Of a stretch of DNA of 40,775 nt, positions 24,774 to 33,809 are shown one piece after another. The notes below the pieces were generated by a model. The model made no database searches, was not told the DNA's origin, and saw only the letters and a list, made by a program, of their open reading frames with translations. The translations under genes and the position numbers were made by a program. Location: positions 24,201 through 64,975 of the forward strand of contig CAZTGB010000002.1 of the NCBI GenBank assembly GCA_964612965.1, given 5' to 3'. Origin of the DNA: an uncultured Gammaproteobacteria bacterium. Its GTDB lineage: Bacteria > Patescibacteriota > Microgenomatia > UBA8517. The stretch's first letter is position 1. Each line of letters starts with the position of its first letter.

Positions 24774-26570
24774 TCATTCTATGGCAGCATAAATTCTAAT
24801 TATTCCTGATCCAATTTTCTCTTGTTTAATTATTTTAACATGCCCAATCTCAGAGGTGGAGGTGACATGTGGTCCACCACAAACTTCTTTTGAAAAATCC
24901 CCTACAGAATACACTTTTACAACATCCCCATATTTCTCACCAAAGAAGTGAAGTGCCCCTATCTTTATCGCTTCCGAAAGACTCATTTCTTTAAATGAAA
25001 CAGGAAGGTTTTCCTTAATCTTCTGATTAATCAATTCCTCAATTTGGACAATTTGCACATCTGTTAATTTTTGGCTATGCGAAAAATCAAACCTTAGTCT
25101 TTCTGAGGTAATATGACTTCCTTTTTGAGACACATGCTCCCCAAGAACCCCCCTAAGTGATGCATGAAGTAGATGAGTGGTAGTATGAAGTTTTGTAATT
25201 GTTTCATCAGATTTATTCTCAAGTCCTCCCTTAAAAATCCCCGCAGAAGTAGTTCTTGAATTTTCCTTGTGTTTTTCAAATTCTTTTTTAAACTCCAAAA
25301 CTTCATCATCGCTAAAACCAATTTTATTTTGATTAAGAATTTCAAGTGTTAATTCCAAGGGAAATCCTTCTGTTTGATACAAATCAAAAGCAACTTTTCC
25401 ATCGATCTTAACCCCTTTTGAAACTATCTCAGTTAGTTTCTTCAGTCCCCGCTTTAATGCATCAGAAAATCTCGATCCCTCCTCGGATAGCCCTTCTTCA
25501 ACTGCTTTCCAATTCTTTTCAATAATTAGATAGTGATTTTTAAGGTCTTCCGCAATATGACTTAGAGCAAGTCCTGAAATTCCAACACCTAGTAGGTGGA
25601 GATGGAACACGGCTCGTCTAACAAGCCTTCTTAAGATATACCCCTGAAGCTTATTTGAAGGAATCACCCCCTCGGCAAGTAAATTAGCAGAAGCCCTTAA
25701 GTGATCAGCAATTATTCTAAAGCTTTTATTTTTTTCTTCATCTGCTCCGTAATCAATAGTAGTTTCCTTTTCGATATTAGAAATAATCCCTGAAAAGGTA
25801 TCTATTTTAAAAATATCGCTGTTGTTATTTAAAACTGCAACAATTCTTTCTAGCCCCCCTCCAAAATCAACATTTTTTTGAGGTAGTTCACTTAAAACTC
25901 CATCTCCTTCTTTCTTGTACTGCATAAAAACAGAGTTACCTATTTCCAAAAACTTTCCACAGTCACAGTTTGGATGACATTCCTGTCCAAATTTGGGGTC
26001 ATGAGAAATATCAAGCTCAAAGAATATTTCGCTATCAGGGCCTCCAATCTCACCTGTAGGCATTAAGTCCGGTGTCCCACTACGGCTCCACCAATTCTTT
26101 TTAACTCCATAAAAGAAAATATGGTTTTCAGCTACTCCCAAACTCTTCCAGATTTCAAAAGATTCTGTATCTTTTGGGACACTACCATCCCCCTCAAAAA
26201 CAGAAACATAAAGTTTTTCTTTGGAAATTCCAAGCTCCTTCGTAAAAAATTCCCAAATCCAAGTTAGTTGTTCTTTTTTAAAATAATCGCCCAAGCTCCA
26301 GTTACCTAACATTTCAAAAAATGTTGTATGGCGATTATCTCCCACCTCTTCCAAGTCTTGAAGACGAATCGAAGGTTGAGAATCTACCAATCTCACCCCC
26401 AAAGAATGTTTTTCGCCTTTCAAATATGAAATCATCTGCTGCATTCCAGAAGATGTAAATAGAGTTGTAGGATCATTTTCTAAAACCAGAGGAGAGGGGG
26501 CAATTTCCTTATGCCCTTTTCTCTTAAAAAATTTTATAAATTTTTCCCTGACTTCTTTTGAAGTTATCAT
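24774..26570 (-). CDS. alaS: Alanine--tRNA ligase, short form lacking the C-Ala domain
   Basis: Carries FFEMLGNWSLGDYFK, GGGLERI and the editing-domain motifs HTTTHLLHASL and CGGPHV. The ORF track start (26630) is a TTG. The AlaRS-like N-terminus MITSKEVREKFIKFF starts at ATG 26570. Confidence 0.93.
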   Translation of the reverse strand: MITSKEVREKFIKFFKRKGHKEIAPSPLVLENDPTTLFTSSGMQQMISYLKGEKHSLGVRLVDSQPSIRLQDLEEVGDNRHTTFFEMLGNWSLGDYFKKEQLTWIWEFFTKELGISKEKLYVSVFEGDGSVPKDTESFEIWKSLGVAENHIFFYGVKKNWWSRSGTPDLMPTGEIGGPDSEIFFELDISHDPKFGQECHPNCDCGKFLEIGNSVFMQYKKEGDGVLSELPQKNVDFGGGLERIVAVLNNNSDIFKIDTFSGIISNIEKETTIDYGADEEKNKSFRIIADHLRASANLLAEGVIPSNKLQGYILRRLVRRAVFHLHLLGVGISGLALSHIAEDLKNHYLIIEKNWKAVEEGLSEEGSRFSDALKRGLKKLTEIVSKGVKIDGKVAFDLYQTEGFPLELTLEILNQNKIGFSDDEVLEFKKEFEKHKENSRTTSAGIFKGGLENKSDETITKLHTTTHLLHASLRGVLGEHVSQKGSHITSERLRFDFSHSQKLTDVQIVQIEELINQKIKENLPVSFKEMSLSEAIKIGALHFFGEKYGDVVKVYSVGDFSKEVCGGPHVTSTSEIGHVKIIKQEKIGSGIIRIYAAIE

Positions 26571-26614
26571 TGTGGCTAAAGTATAACCTTCAATTAGATT
26601 ATTATCCAGAAGCC

Positions 26615-26623
26615 TGATAAAAT
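26615..26623 (+). promoter_or_regulatory. Putative extended -10 element for the plus-strand 87-aa gene
   Basis: TGATAAAAT is followed by 6 nt and then the ATG at 26630. No good -35 box was seen. Confidence 0.4.
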
Positions 26624-26629
26624 CGCGCA

Positions 26630-26893
26630 ATGAGCAAAGAAAGGAGAATACAAGACGAAATAGAAACTAATGGACTCATACTTTTGGAGTACGGTATACC
26701 TCTTGAAACTATTCCATATAAAAAGATTTGGGAAAAGGTCGATGAGGATGGGTGGAATGAAAAAATATCTAAAGAAGCAGCCGATTTAGTTGAAAAAGAA
26801 AAGGGAAAGGGAAGATTTGGAGCCTTTGTAGTTAGGAGACGAATAAATCAATCAGGTGATGATAATGTTGAGGTTTGGAGTTGGGCTGATTAG
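26630..26893 (+). CDS. Hypothetical protein (87 aa), the only sizeable plus-strand gene
   Basis: An ATG start, an acidic soluble-looking sequence (MSKERRIQDEIETNG...VEVWSWAD), and a position divergent from alaS. No family was recognised. Confidence 0.55.
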   Translation: MSKERRIQDEIETNGLILLEYGIPLETIPYKKIWEKVDEDGWNEKISKEAADLVEKEKGKGRFGAFVVRRRINQSGDDNVEVWSWAD

Positions 26894-27123
26894 CCCCCAT
26901 GGGTTTCCAACTTTTTGTTTTTTCTAAGTATCTCCATAACAGAGGTTAATTTTTCAGGACGAATCAGTCCCCCCCCAAGTATTGAATCTTCCAGGATACT
27001 ATTTAATCTCTTAATGGCCCGCCTTAAATCAATTATGATGAACATGACTTGAACCCCAACCACAACAAGAAGAAGTGTAAGTGAAACTACAACCACGATT
27101 AATAATGTCTGTACACTGTCCAT
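26890..27123 (-). CDS. Small N-terminally anchored membrane protein (77 aa), DUF948-like architecture
   Basis: The TM helix LLIVVVVSLTLLLVVVGVQVMFIII is followed by a helical segment (DLRRAIKRLNSILED). The gene is translationally adjacent to the RodZ-like gene. The family assignment is tentative. Confidence 0.55.
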   Translation of the reverse strand: MDSVQTLLIVVVVSLTLLLVVVGVQVMFIIIDLRRAIKRLNSILEDSILGGGLIRPEKLTSVMEILRKNKKLETHGG

Positions 27124-27126
27124 TTG

Positions 27127-27753
27127 TTATTCTGAATTTACACCAATATTACGCTTTATGATAGTTTCTTTTCCGCTTCTGCCAATTGCTTTAATCTCAA
27201 TTTCTCGCGTTTCAGGAGAAATTTCAATACCCACCAAAAACTTTCCATCAGCAGAAACCAACACAGGCTGATTATTTACAATTATTTTTGCATCCGTATC
27301 AGTTGTTCCCGAAACTACTACATATTTACCTGTAATATTCTCTCCTTCTTTTGGAGTTTCAACCCTAATTTCTGGAGCTGAAGTAAATTTAAAATATTGA
27401 ACTCCCAAATACCCTAAAATTATGATCACGATTAAAGTAACCCCTATTCCAAATGTAAGTTTAGGACTCCAAACAAATTTTCCCCCAATATCAGGCGTGG
27501 GATTAACCAATTGAACTTTTGGCGGATAATCTCTTTTAAAAAGCGCAACAGCCCTTTTTTCATCAATATTAAGCGCTCCCGCAATACTTTTTACAAATCC
27601 CAAGGTTGTTGAAAAATTAGGAAGCGTCTCCCACTTTTGATTTTCAATAGAATCAATAAAACCACTTTTAATTTTGGTTATTTCTTCCAAACGAGCAACG
27701 GAATATTTTTTCCGAACACGAGCAACTTTTACTACCTCACCTATTGTCTTCAT
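27127..27753 (-). CDS. RodZ-like HTH membrane protein
   Basis: 208 aa with an N-terminal XRE/RodZ-type HTH (IGEVVKVARVRKKYSVARLEEITKIKSGFIDSIENQKWETLP...GFVKSIAGALNID), one TM helix and a beta-rich C-terminal domain. Confidence 0.65.
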   Translation of the reverse strand: MKTIGEVVKVARVRKKYSVARLEEITKIKSGFIDSIENQKWETLPNFSTTLGFVKSIAGALNIDEKRAVALFKRDYPPKVQLVNPTPDIGGKFVWSPKLTFGIGVTLIVIIILGYLGVQYFKFTSAPEIRVETPKEGENITGKYVVVSGTTDTDAKIIVNNQPVLVSADGKFLVGIEISPETREIEIKAIGRSGKETIIKRNIGVNSE

Positions 27754-27779
27754 TTATTTATATAATATTAACAGAGAAC

Positions 27780-27790
27780 AAGCTCTGCTT
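27780..27790 (-). repeat. Intergenic mini-hairpin motif copy (minus strand AAGCAGAGCTT)
   Basis: Lies 8 nt downstream of the ftsK stop, in the spacer before the RodZ-like gene. Confidence 0.65.
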
Positions 27791-27797
27791 ATTGTTT

Positions 27798-29888
27798 TCA
27801 TTGTTTATTACTGAGGTTTGCTAAAAATTCTTCAGCATTATTAATAAGCACCTCTCTTGGTTTACTGCTTCCATCGCTGGCAGCTATAACTCCCGAAGCT
27901 TCCAATTGATCAATGATTCTGGCCGCTCTTGCATAACCTATTGAAAGCCTTCTCTGAAGAAGTGAGGCCGATGCCCTGTCATACTGACAGACAACCTCAA
28001 CTGCTTTTTTGAAATTATCATCAATATCCCCCTCAACCCCAGAAACAGTAACAGTCCCCGGTTTGGCCATTGATGTTACCTCCTCAGTGTATTGAGTGGC
28101 TACTCCCTGGTTTTTGATAAAACTAACAAGCGCATTAATTTCACGATCATTAACAAAAGCCCCCTGAATTCTCATGGGTTTTGCCTGTTCTGGGGGAAGA
28201 TACAACATATCTCCACGTCCTAGAAGTTTTTCGGCTCCTTGCGTATCAAGTATTACTCGGGAATCAACTTGAGACGAAACTGCAAAAGCAATACGAGAGG
28301 GGACATTGGCCTTAATAAGCCCCGTAATAACATCAACTGATGGCCTTTGTGTAGCAAGCACCATATGAATTCCAGTAGCCCTACTCATTTGGGCAATTCT
28401 GGTAATCGCATCCTCAACTTCAACTGGAGAAAATAACATGATATCTGCAAGCTCATCAATAACAACCACTATATAAGGTAAGGCCTGGAAACCGCTCATT
28501 TCATTGTATCCGTCAATATTACGAGCTCCTGCTTCTGCAAAGAGCTTGTAACGCCTATCCATCTCAGCCATTACCCAACGAAGTGCAGAAATAACTTTTT
28601 CAGGCTCAACAATCACAGGTGATAGTAAGTGTGGAATCCCATTGTATCCCGTCAGCTCAACACGTTTAGGATCAACCAAAATCAATTTAACTTCAGAAGG
28701 GGAAGCACGGAAAAGTAGTGATGCCAAAAAAGCATTGATACAAACACTTTTTCCACTTCCTGTTTGGCCCGCAATAAGTACATGGGGCATTTTGGCAATA
28801 TCGGTTACAACAGGTTTTCCGCTTACATCAAGTCCTAAGGCAACAGCTAGCTTCGAGCGGCTACCGCTCATAGCATCACTCTCAATCATTTTTCTTAGAG
28901 GCACAAACTCGGCCGCACGATTTGGAAGTTCAATTCCCACTAAACTTCGTCCAGGAATCGGAGCTTCAATTCTAATTGTTCCATTAGGGGCTGCTAGGGC
29001 AAGAGCCAAATCTCGTTCCAAACTTGTAATTTTTGAAAGCTTTGTCCCAAGTGCAACTTCCAAAGCATATTGAGTAACAGCTGGTCCCAGGTTAACCTCA
29101 ACCACACGAGCTGTAATACCAAATGATTCAAGTGTTTTTTCAATAATTGCAGCATTTCCTTTGATGTCCCCTCTTTCTGCCTTTCCACCTTCCTCCTCGG
29201 AAAGAAGGGTAGCAGAAGGATAAGCCCACACTTTATCCTCTCCTGGAATATTGCTTACAAGTTTTTGTTCAAGCGGTTCTTTAGGGGCTGTGGGCTGTAT
29301 TTGAGATTTATCTGACTGATTTCCTCCTACAACCTTAAGAGGAGATTTTGAGAAAGCCTGACCACCCATTTTTATAGAAGACCCCCCATAAATGTACCCT
29401 TTAAAAGCTGAGAAAAAATTAACAACAATTTTAAATACTTGATCAATTGAGGTATTAAATAAAATTATTAAACCAATTAGGGTGGTTCCAAGGAGTACAA
29501 GTCCTGCCCCAAATCCTGTAATAAGAGTTGACATCGCCCCCCAAAATTCTACCCCCACCACCCCAGCTTTCCCAAGTGACATTATAGAAATAAAAAGAAG
29601 AAGTGATCCAACCACAACATTGGGTTGCCCAATAATCATTTTAGCTTTTGAAACAAGTAGTCCAAACGAAAGAAAAAGGAAAGGAAGTAATACAGCAGAC
29701 CACGAGAAATAATTAATTATCAAATCATTAAAACGCATAAGAATGGCTCCCGATCTTGAAAATGAAATTAATACCAAACCAGCAAGAGAAAAAAATACAA
29801 CCTGTGTGATAGAAAAGGCAGTCTCCCTTTTAAGTTTTAATTTAAAACCTCTTTTATCTAACCTTCTTTTGTGACGTTTCTTACTCAT
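27798..29888 (-). CDS. ftsK: DNA translocase FtsK/SpoIIIE
   Basis: Has N-terminal TM helices, Walker A GQTGSGKSV, Walker B VVVIDELAD and a gamma winged-helix domain (LLQRRLSIGYARAARIIDQLE). The ORF track start is a GTG; I prefer ATG 29888 (MSKKRHKRR). Confidence 0.93.
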   Translation of the reverse strand: MSKKRHKRRLDKRGFKLKLKRETAFSITQVVFFSLAGLVLISFSRSGAILMRFNDLIINYFSWSAVLLPFLFLSFGLLVSKAKMIIGQPNVVVGSLLLFISIMSLGKAGVVGVEFWGAMSTLITGFGAGLVLLGTTLIGLIILFNTSIDQVFKIVVNFFSAFKGYIYGGSSIKMGGQAFSKSPLKVVGGNQSDKSQIQPTAPKEPLEQKLVSNIPGEDKVWAYPSATLLSEEEGGKAERGDIKGNAAIIEKTLESFGITARVVEVNLGPAVTQYALEVALGTKLSKITSLERDLALALAAPNGTIRIEAPIPGRSLVGIELPNRAAEFVPLRKMIESDAMSGSRSKLAVALGLDVSGKPVVTDIAKMPHVLIAGQTGSGKSVCINAFLASLLFRASPSEVKLILVDPKRVELTGYNGIPHLLSPVIVEPEKVISALRWVMAEMDRRYKLFAEAGARNIDGYNEMSGFQALPYIVVVIDELADIMLFSPVEVEDAITRIAQMSRATGIHMVLATQRPSVDVITGLIKANVPSRIAFAVSSQVDSRVILDTQGAEKLLGRGDMLYLPPEQAKPMRIQGAFVNDREINALVSFIKNQGVATQYTEEVTSMAKPGTVTVSGVEGDIDDNFKKAVEVVCQYDRASASLLQRRLSIGYARAARIIDQLEASGVIAASDGSSKPREVLINNAEEFLANLSNKQ

Positions 29889-29898
29889 GGCAAGAATC

Positions 29899-29904
29899 AT
29901 TATA
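29899..29904 (-). promoter_or_regulatory. Putative -10 box for ftsK
   Basis: Minus strand has TATAAT 10 nt upstream of the ATG at 29888 and downstream of the terminator at 29921..29970. The -35 box is weak. Confidence 0.35.
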
Positions 29905-29920
29905 TACGAACTTAAGATAA

Positions 29921-29970
29921 ACAAAAAAGATCCCGCTTTATGTTGCACTAAACATAATTAAGGATCTTTT
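29921..29970 (-). terminator. Intrinsic terminator after the small membrane-protein gene
   Basis: Minus strand reads AAAAGATCC...(inner stem TTATGTT/AACATAA)...GGATCTTTT followed by further T residues. This is a long two-part stem with an A-tract and a U-tract. Confidence 0.6.
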
Positions 29971-29979
29971 AACTTTCAA

Positions 29980-30038
29980 CTTATTACCACTCTTTGAATT
30001 CCCAAAAATCTAGAAACTCAAAGAGCAGTGGTAATAAG
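29980..30038. repeat. Long imperfect inverted repeat (18 bp with a 3-nt bulge, 20-nt loop)
   Basis: CTTATTACCACTCTTTGA (29980..29997) pairs with TCAAAGAGCAGTGGTAATAAG (30018..30038). A further 7-bp hairpin, AATCATT-GTGA-AATGATT, lies at 30046..30063. Confidence 0.7.
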
Positions 30039-30086
30039 CATCAAGAATCATTGTGAAATGATTAGTGAGCAGCCACAGCCCCATTA

Positions 30087-30383
30087 TTATTTTGTTCCTA
30101 CAATGGCCAGGATTACAACCCACATTATCCTGGTTATAAAGCAAGCAAAAATCCATCCAACCAAAAAACTCATCATCCCGATTATTAAAATAAAAACCAC
30201 GTAATCACTCGGACCAGTCCAAATTACCCATACCCCCGTAATCACAATAAAAATACCTTGTATCAAACCAAGGCGGGGAGATAATTTTATTTCAGATCCT
30301 GGGACGAGTTTTAGAGCTGTCTTATAAACCCCTAAAACGAAACCAACTACAAAATTTAATAAACCCACAATCAAAAGTGCCAT
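30087..30383 (-). CDS. Small polytopic membrane protein (98 aa), function unknown
   Basis: Three or four hydrophobic segments. The ATG at 30383 is preceded by AAAGGAGATTGAC, a clear Shine-Dalgarno. The ORF track TTG start at 30458 would cover this RBS. Confidence 0.55.
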   Translation of the reverse strand: MALLIVGLLNFVVGFVLGVYKTALKLVPGSEIKLSPRLGLIQGIFIVITGVWVIWTGPSDYVVFILIIGMMSFLVGWIFACFITRIMWVVILAIVGTK

Positions 30384-30472
30384 GTCAATCTCCTTTTTAT
30401 TTTGTGAATGTACCCCCGTACGGACTACTGGAAGCAAATATAACCCTATAATGATCAAAAGGCAAGAGGAAG

Positions 30473-32128
30473 CTAGACTTCAACTACAACAGTTAAAACC
30501 ATCGGTTTCCTTCTTGTTTTATCAAAGAAGTATTTCTCTAAGAATTGATTTGTTAGATTTCTGACTGATGAAGTGTTTGTTAAATTTTTTCTTTGCAATA
30601 GATTCATAAGCTGGGCTCCAGCGTCATCAAGAACCCCACCAAATTTTTGTTGGAAAACAAATCCTCTGCTAGTTAATTCTGGTTTCCCTACTATTCTTGT
30701 TCCCTTATTAACTTTAACTACTGCAACTACAACTCCCTCATCTCCAAGTAAAGTTCTGTCTTCCAAAACAACTTTACCGATATCACCAATTCCAAGACCG
30801 TGGACAAAAACTTCCTTAACAGGAATTGTTCCACCTCGTTTTGCCTCTCCATTTTCAAAAACCACACTTTCGCCGGGTTTTAGTCTAAAGACGTTAGCTG
30901 CCGGAGAACCTGTTGAGACAACAAGATTTTCATAAGACTTCATATATCTGATTGTTCCTCCTGTCGGCACAAAATATTTTGGTTTTATCATTTTAAAAAG
31001 TTCTTTGATATCTTCCTGGGTACCATGTCCTGATACGTGTAATCCTTCATGTAAATCGTAATAGTGAACATCAGCTCCTTTGTCTATTAAATTATCAACT
31101 ATAAAATCTTCGCTTTCTTTGGAATATGCAGGTCCCGGGTCTGCAGAAAAAATGAATGTATCACTCGGTTTTATTTCAACTCTATTGTGTTCCCCTAAAG
31201 CAAGTCTATAAACGGAGCTTCCTGGTTGGCCGTAGCACCCGGCAATAATGTACATGATTTTATTTGGCGAATATTTTGAGGCGTCCCTAAGATCGACAAT
31301 CTCGTTTGGTAAACATTTTAAATAACCAAGATTATAGGCAATCTCAAGTTTGCTTTGGATTGATCTCCCCACAAGTACAGCTTTTCTTGAAGATCTTTGA
31401 GCTACATTAATAATTTGTTGAAACCTTCCGATTGAGGACGAAATTGCAGTCACATAAACAGCCTGAGGTGCATCTTTAACTATATTAAACATCCTATCTT
31501 CAATTCCAACTCCACTTGGAGCCATTCCAGGATCATTTGATCCCAAACAATCAGACATTAAACATAAAACTGGCTTTTCACTTGCCAACTTTTTAGCTTT
31601 TGGAATATCAAAAATCATTCCGTCTGTTGAAGTCTGATCCATTTTGTGCTCTGCTACATGGAAAATCCTTCCGGCAGGGGTATCAATTGCATACCCAACA
31701 GTGTCAGGTACCGAGTGTGTGACTCTAAATGGGAAAAACTTAAACTCACCAACTTCAAACGTGTCACGGTCTGGATTAAATGTATTTAATTTATAATTTA
31801 CAACTTTATAATCTTCAAATTTTACTTTTAAAAATTCCGTAACAATTGGCGGGCACCAGATAGGAGCATTTAGCTCCTTTAAAAGAAAAGGTAGGGCTCC
31901 AACATGATCATCATGTCCTTGAGATACGACTATTCCTCTTAACTTATTTTTATTCTTAACAATATATGAAAAATCAGGTAGAACCAGCTCAACCCCTGGC
32001 ATTTCTAAATCAGGAAAACCAACACCACAATCCAAAATAATCATGTCTTTTTCTGTTTCGTAAACATAGAGGTTCTCAGTAACATCTGTTGTACCTGAGA
32101 GGGCTATAAATTTGAGGGTTGGTTTCAT
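30473..32128 (-). CDS. rnj: Ribonuclease J (metallo-beta-lactamase / beta-CASP)
   Basis: 551 aa with a GHDDHVGALPFL (HxHxDH-type) motif and RNase J-like length and C-terminal domain. The ATGA start overlaps the UDG stop. Confidence 0.88.
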   Translation of the reverse strand: MKPTLKFIALSGTTDVTENLYVYETEKDMIILDCGVGFPDLEMPGVELVLPDFSYIVKNKNKLRGIVVSQGHDDHVGALPFLLKELNAPIWCPPIVTEFLKVKFEDYKVVNYKLNTFNPDRDTFEVGEFKFFPFRVTHSVPDTVGYAIDTPAGRIFHVAEHKMDQTSTDGMIFDIPKAKKLASEKPVLCLMSDCLGSNDPGMAPSGVGIEDRMFNIVKDAPQAVYVTAISSSIGRFQQIINVAQRSSRKAVLVGRSIQSKLEIAYNLGYLKCLPNEIVDLRDASKYSPNKIMYIIAGCYGQPGSSVYRLALGEHNRVEIKPSDTFIFSADPGPAYSKESEDFIVDNLIDKGADVHYYDLHEGLHVSGHGTQEDIKELFKMIKPKYFVPTGGTIRYMKSYENLVVSTGSPAANVFRLKPGESVVFENGEAKRGGTIPVKEVFVHGLGIGDIGKVVLEDRTLLGDEGVVVAVVKVNKGTRIVGKPELTSRGFVFQQKFGGVLDDAGAQLMNLLQRKNLTNTSSVRNLTNQFLEKYFFDKTRRKPMVLTVVVEV

Positions 32129-32742
32129 ACTAAACTTGCTTGCTCTGCCTTAAGCTTATCATCTTCTGGCTTTAAAATCTCAGGTAACATTTCTTTTAAA
32201 TTTAAAAAATCCTTCTTCTCTTGTTCAAGAACATTCCCATTACGAAGTGACGCTGCTGGGTGATACATAGGGATAATCACAGTTCTTCTCTCTCCCAGAA
32301 ATACTTCGTATCTCTTGCCGTGAACGGCCGAGATAAAAACATTTGGCAAAAATTTTGCCATAGAAAATCTTCCCAAAGTCAAAATAACCTTAGGTTTGAT
32401 AATCTCAATTATCTTATCCAAGTATTTTCCATATGCAGAAATTTCTTCTGGAAGAGGGTCACGATTTTCAGGAGGTCTATGGTGAACCATATTTGTAATA
32501 AAAACCTTTTCTCTTTGAAGTCCGGCTAGTAATAAAAGCTGATCTAATAATTTACCAGCAGGCCCCACAAATGGAAGCCCTTTTAGGTCTTCCATTCTTC
32601 CAGCACCCTCTCCGATACACAAAACTCTAGCTTCAGTATTGCCAGCTCCAAATACCAATTGGGTCGCATCTTTTTTAAGAGGAAGTGAATCATCCCTCTC
32701 CATCTCATCTTTTAATTTGTGAAGTTCTTCGTACCTACTCAT
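32125..32742 (-). CDS. Uracil-DNA glycosylase, family 4
   Basis: 205 aa with GEGAGRMEDLKGLPFVGPAGKLLD and HPAASLRN motifs. Confidence 0.88.
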   Translation of the reverse strand: MSRYEELHKLKDEMERDDSLPLKKDATQLVFGAGNTEARVLCIGEGAGRMEDLKGLPFVGPAGKLLDQLLLLAGLQREKVFITNMVHHRPPENRDPLPEEISAYGKYLDKIIEIIKPKVILTLGRFSMAKFLPNVFISAVHGKRYEVFLGERRTVIIPMYHPAASLRNGNVLEQEKKDFLNLKEMLPEILKPEDDKLKAEQASLV

Positions 32743-33344
32743 ATTTCAATTCCCAAATTTTTCATTTCCACTATCAGTTTATCTCTATTTTCAAAAAGAA
32801 TTGTCTTAAATCCAAATTCTTTTGCTGGAAAAATATTTCTTTCTAAATTATCTATAAATATAGTTTCTTCAGGAATCACATTCCCCTTTAATATTAGGGA
32901 TTCATATATTTCCTTGTTGGGTTTACCTATCCCCTCGTTGCAGGAGCTAATAATCAAGTCAAAATAGTCATTCAAATTGAATTCTTTTGTTTTTAAATTC
33001 AGCCAATCCTTAGTTATATTCGTTAAAGCAAATATTTTATATTTATCCTTTAACTTAGGTAAAAGGGAAAAAGTTTCTGACTTTTCAATCATTTGTCTAT
33101 AGATCTCTTTTAAACTGATAACTTGAAGTTCTGTGTGGTCCCCAACACTATTTTTTAAAAAAGTATGAAAGAATTGATCCTCGTTAGTTTTACCGTCTCG
33201 TGCATCCGGCCAAGCGGCAATCCAACCCATATCTAGCTGCTCATCTTCAATTTTAAAAAGATCCTTTACCTCTCGAGAGTTCACCCAATTATCATCTTCA
33301 CTTAAAATAACCCCTCCAAAGTCAAAAACTAAGTTCTTAATCAT
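32739..33344 (-). CDS. HAD-superfamily hydrolase
   Basis: 201 aa with motif I at the N-terminus (LVFDFGGVIL), LTN (motif II-like) and GKPNKEIY...IFIDN (motifs III/IV). Confidence 0.75.
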   Translation of the reverse strand: MIKNLVFDFGGVILSEDDNWVNSREVKDLFKIEDEQLDMGWIAAWPDARDGKTNEDQFFHTFLKNSVGDHTELQVISLKEIYRQMIEKSETFSLLPKLKDKYKIFALTNITKDWLNLKTKEFNLNDYFDLIISSCNEGIGKPNKEIYESLILKGNVIPEETIFIDNLERNIFPAKEFGFKTILFENRDKLIVEMKNLGIEI

Positions 33345-33808
33345 AGGTTAAAGAATTCTACTTCATTAGTCGTGGTTTCATAAACAGCAAAGTTGATTCC
33401 ATTAGAAAGTGCTCCTGGCCTTACAAATTTTACAAAATTAATCATGGTTTCGGCATTTGAATGATAATGTCCGCCAAAAACAATATTGAGTCCCTCAAAT
33501 CTTTTGTCATCAAATTTTGCTTGATGAATAACCCCAATTTTTCTCCCATCAATTTCGAATTTTAAAAAATCGGAATCAAACTTTTTGGCATTAAACCTCA
33601 AAACTTCTTCAACGTCATGATCAATATCTGCGTTGCCCAAGACAGCATATAAGGGGATCTCAAAAATTAAAACCTCATTAACAGATTCAACATTATCCCA
33701 ATCACCACAATGAACAACCCCTCCAGCTTTAATAGTCTTTGCAAATCCCATTACATGTTTTATGTTTGCAATATTTCCATGAGAATCGCTTATTACCAAA
33801 ATTTTCAT
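33341..33808 (-). CDS. YfcE/MJ0936-type metallophosphoesterase
   Basis: Carries MKILVISDSHGN, GDW, GNAD and GGHYH motifs. The family N-terminus fits ATG 33808, which lies 1 nt after the PIN stop. The ORF track TTG start at 33856 overlaps the PIN gene. Confidence 0.8.
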   Translation of the reverse strand: MKILVISDSHGNIANIKHVMGFAKTIKAGGVVHCGDWDNVESVNEVLIFEIPLYAVLGNADIDHDVEEVLRFNAKKFDSDFLKFEIDGRKIGVIHQAKFDDKRFEGLNIVFGGHYHSNAETMINFVKFVRPGALSNGINFAVYETTTNEVEFFNL

Positions 33809-33809
33809 A

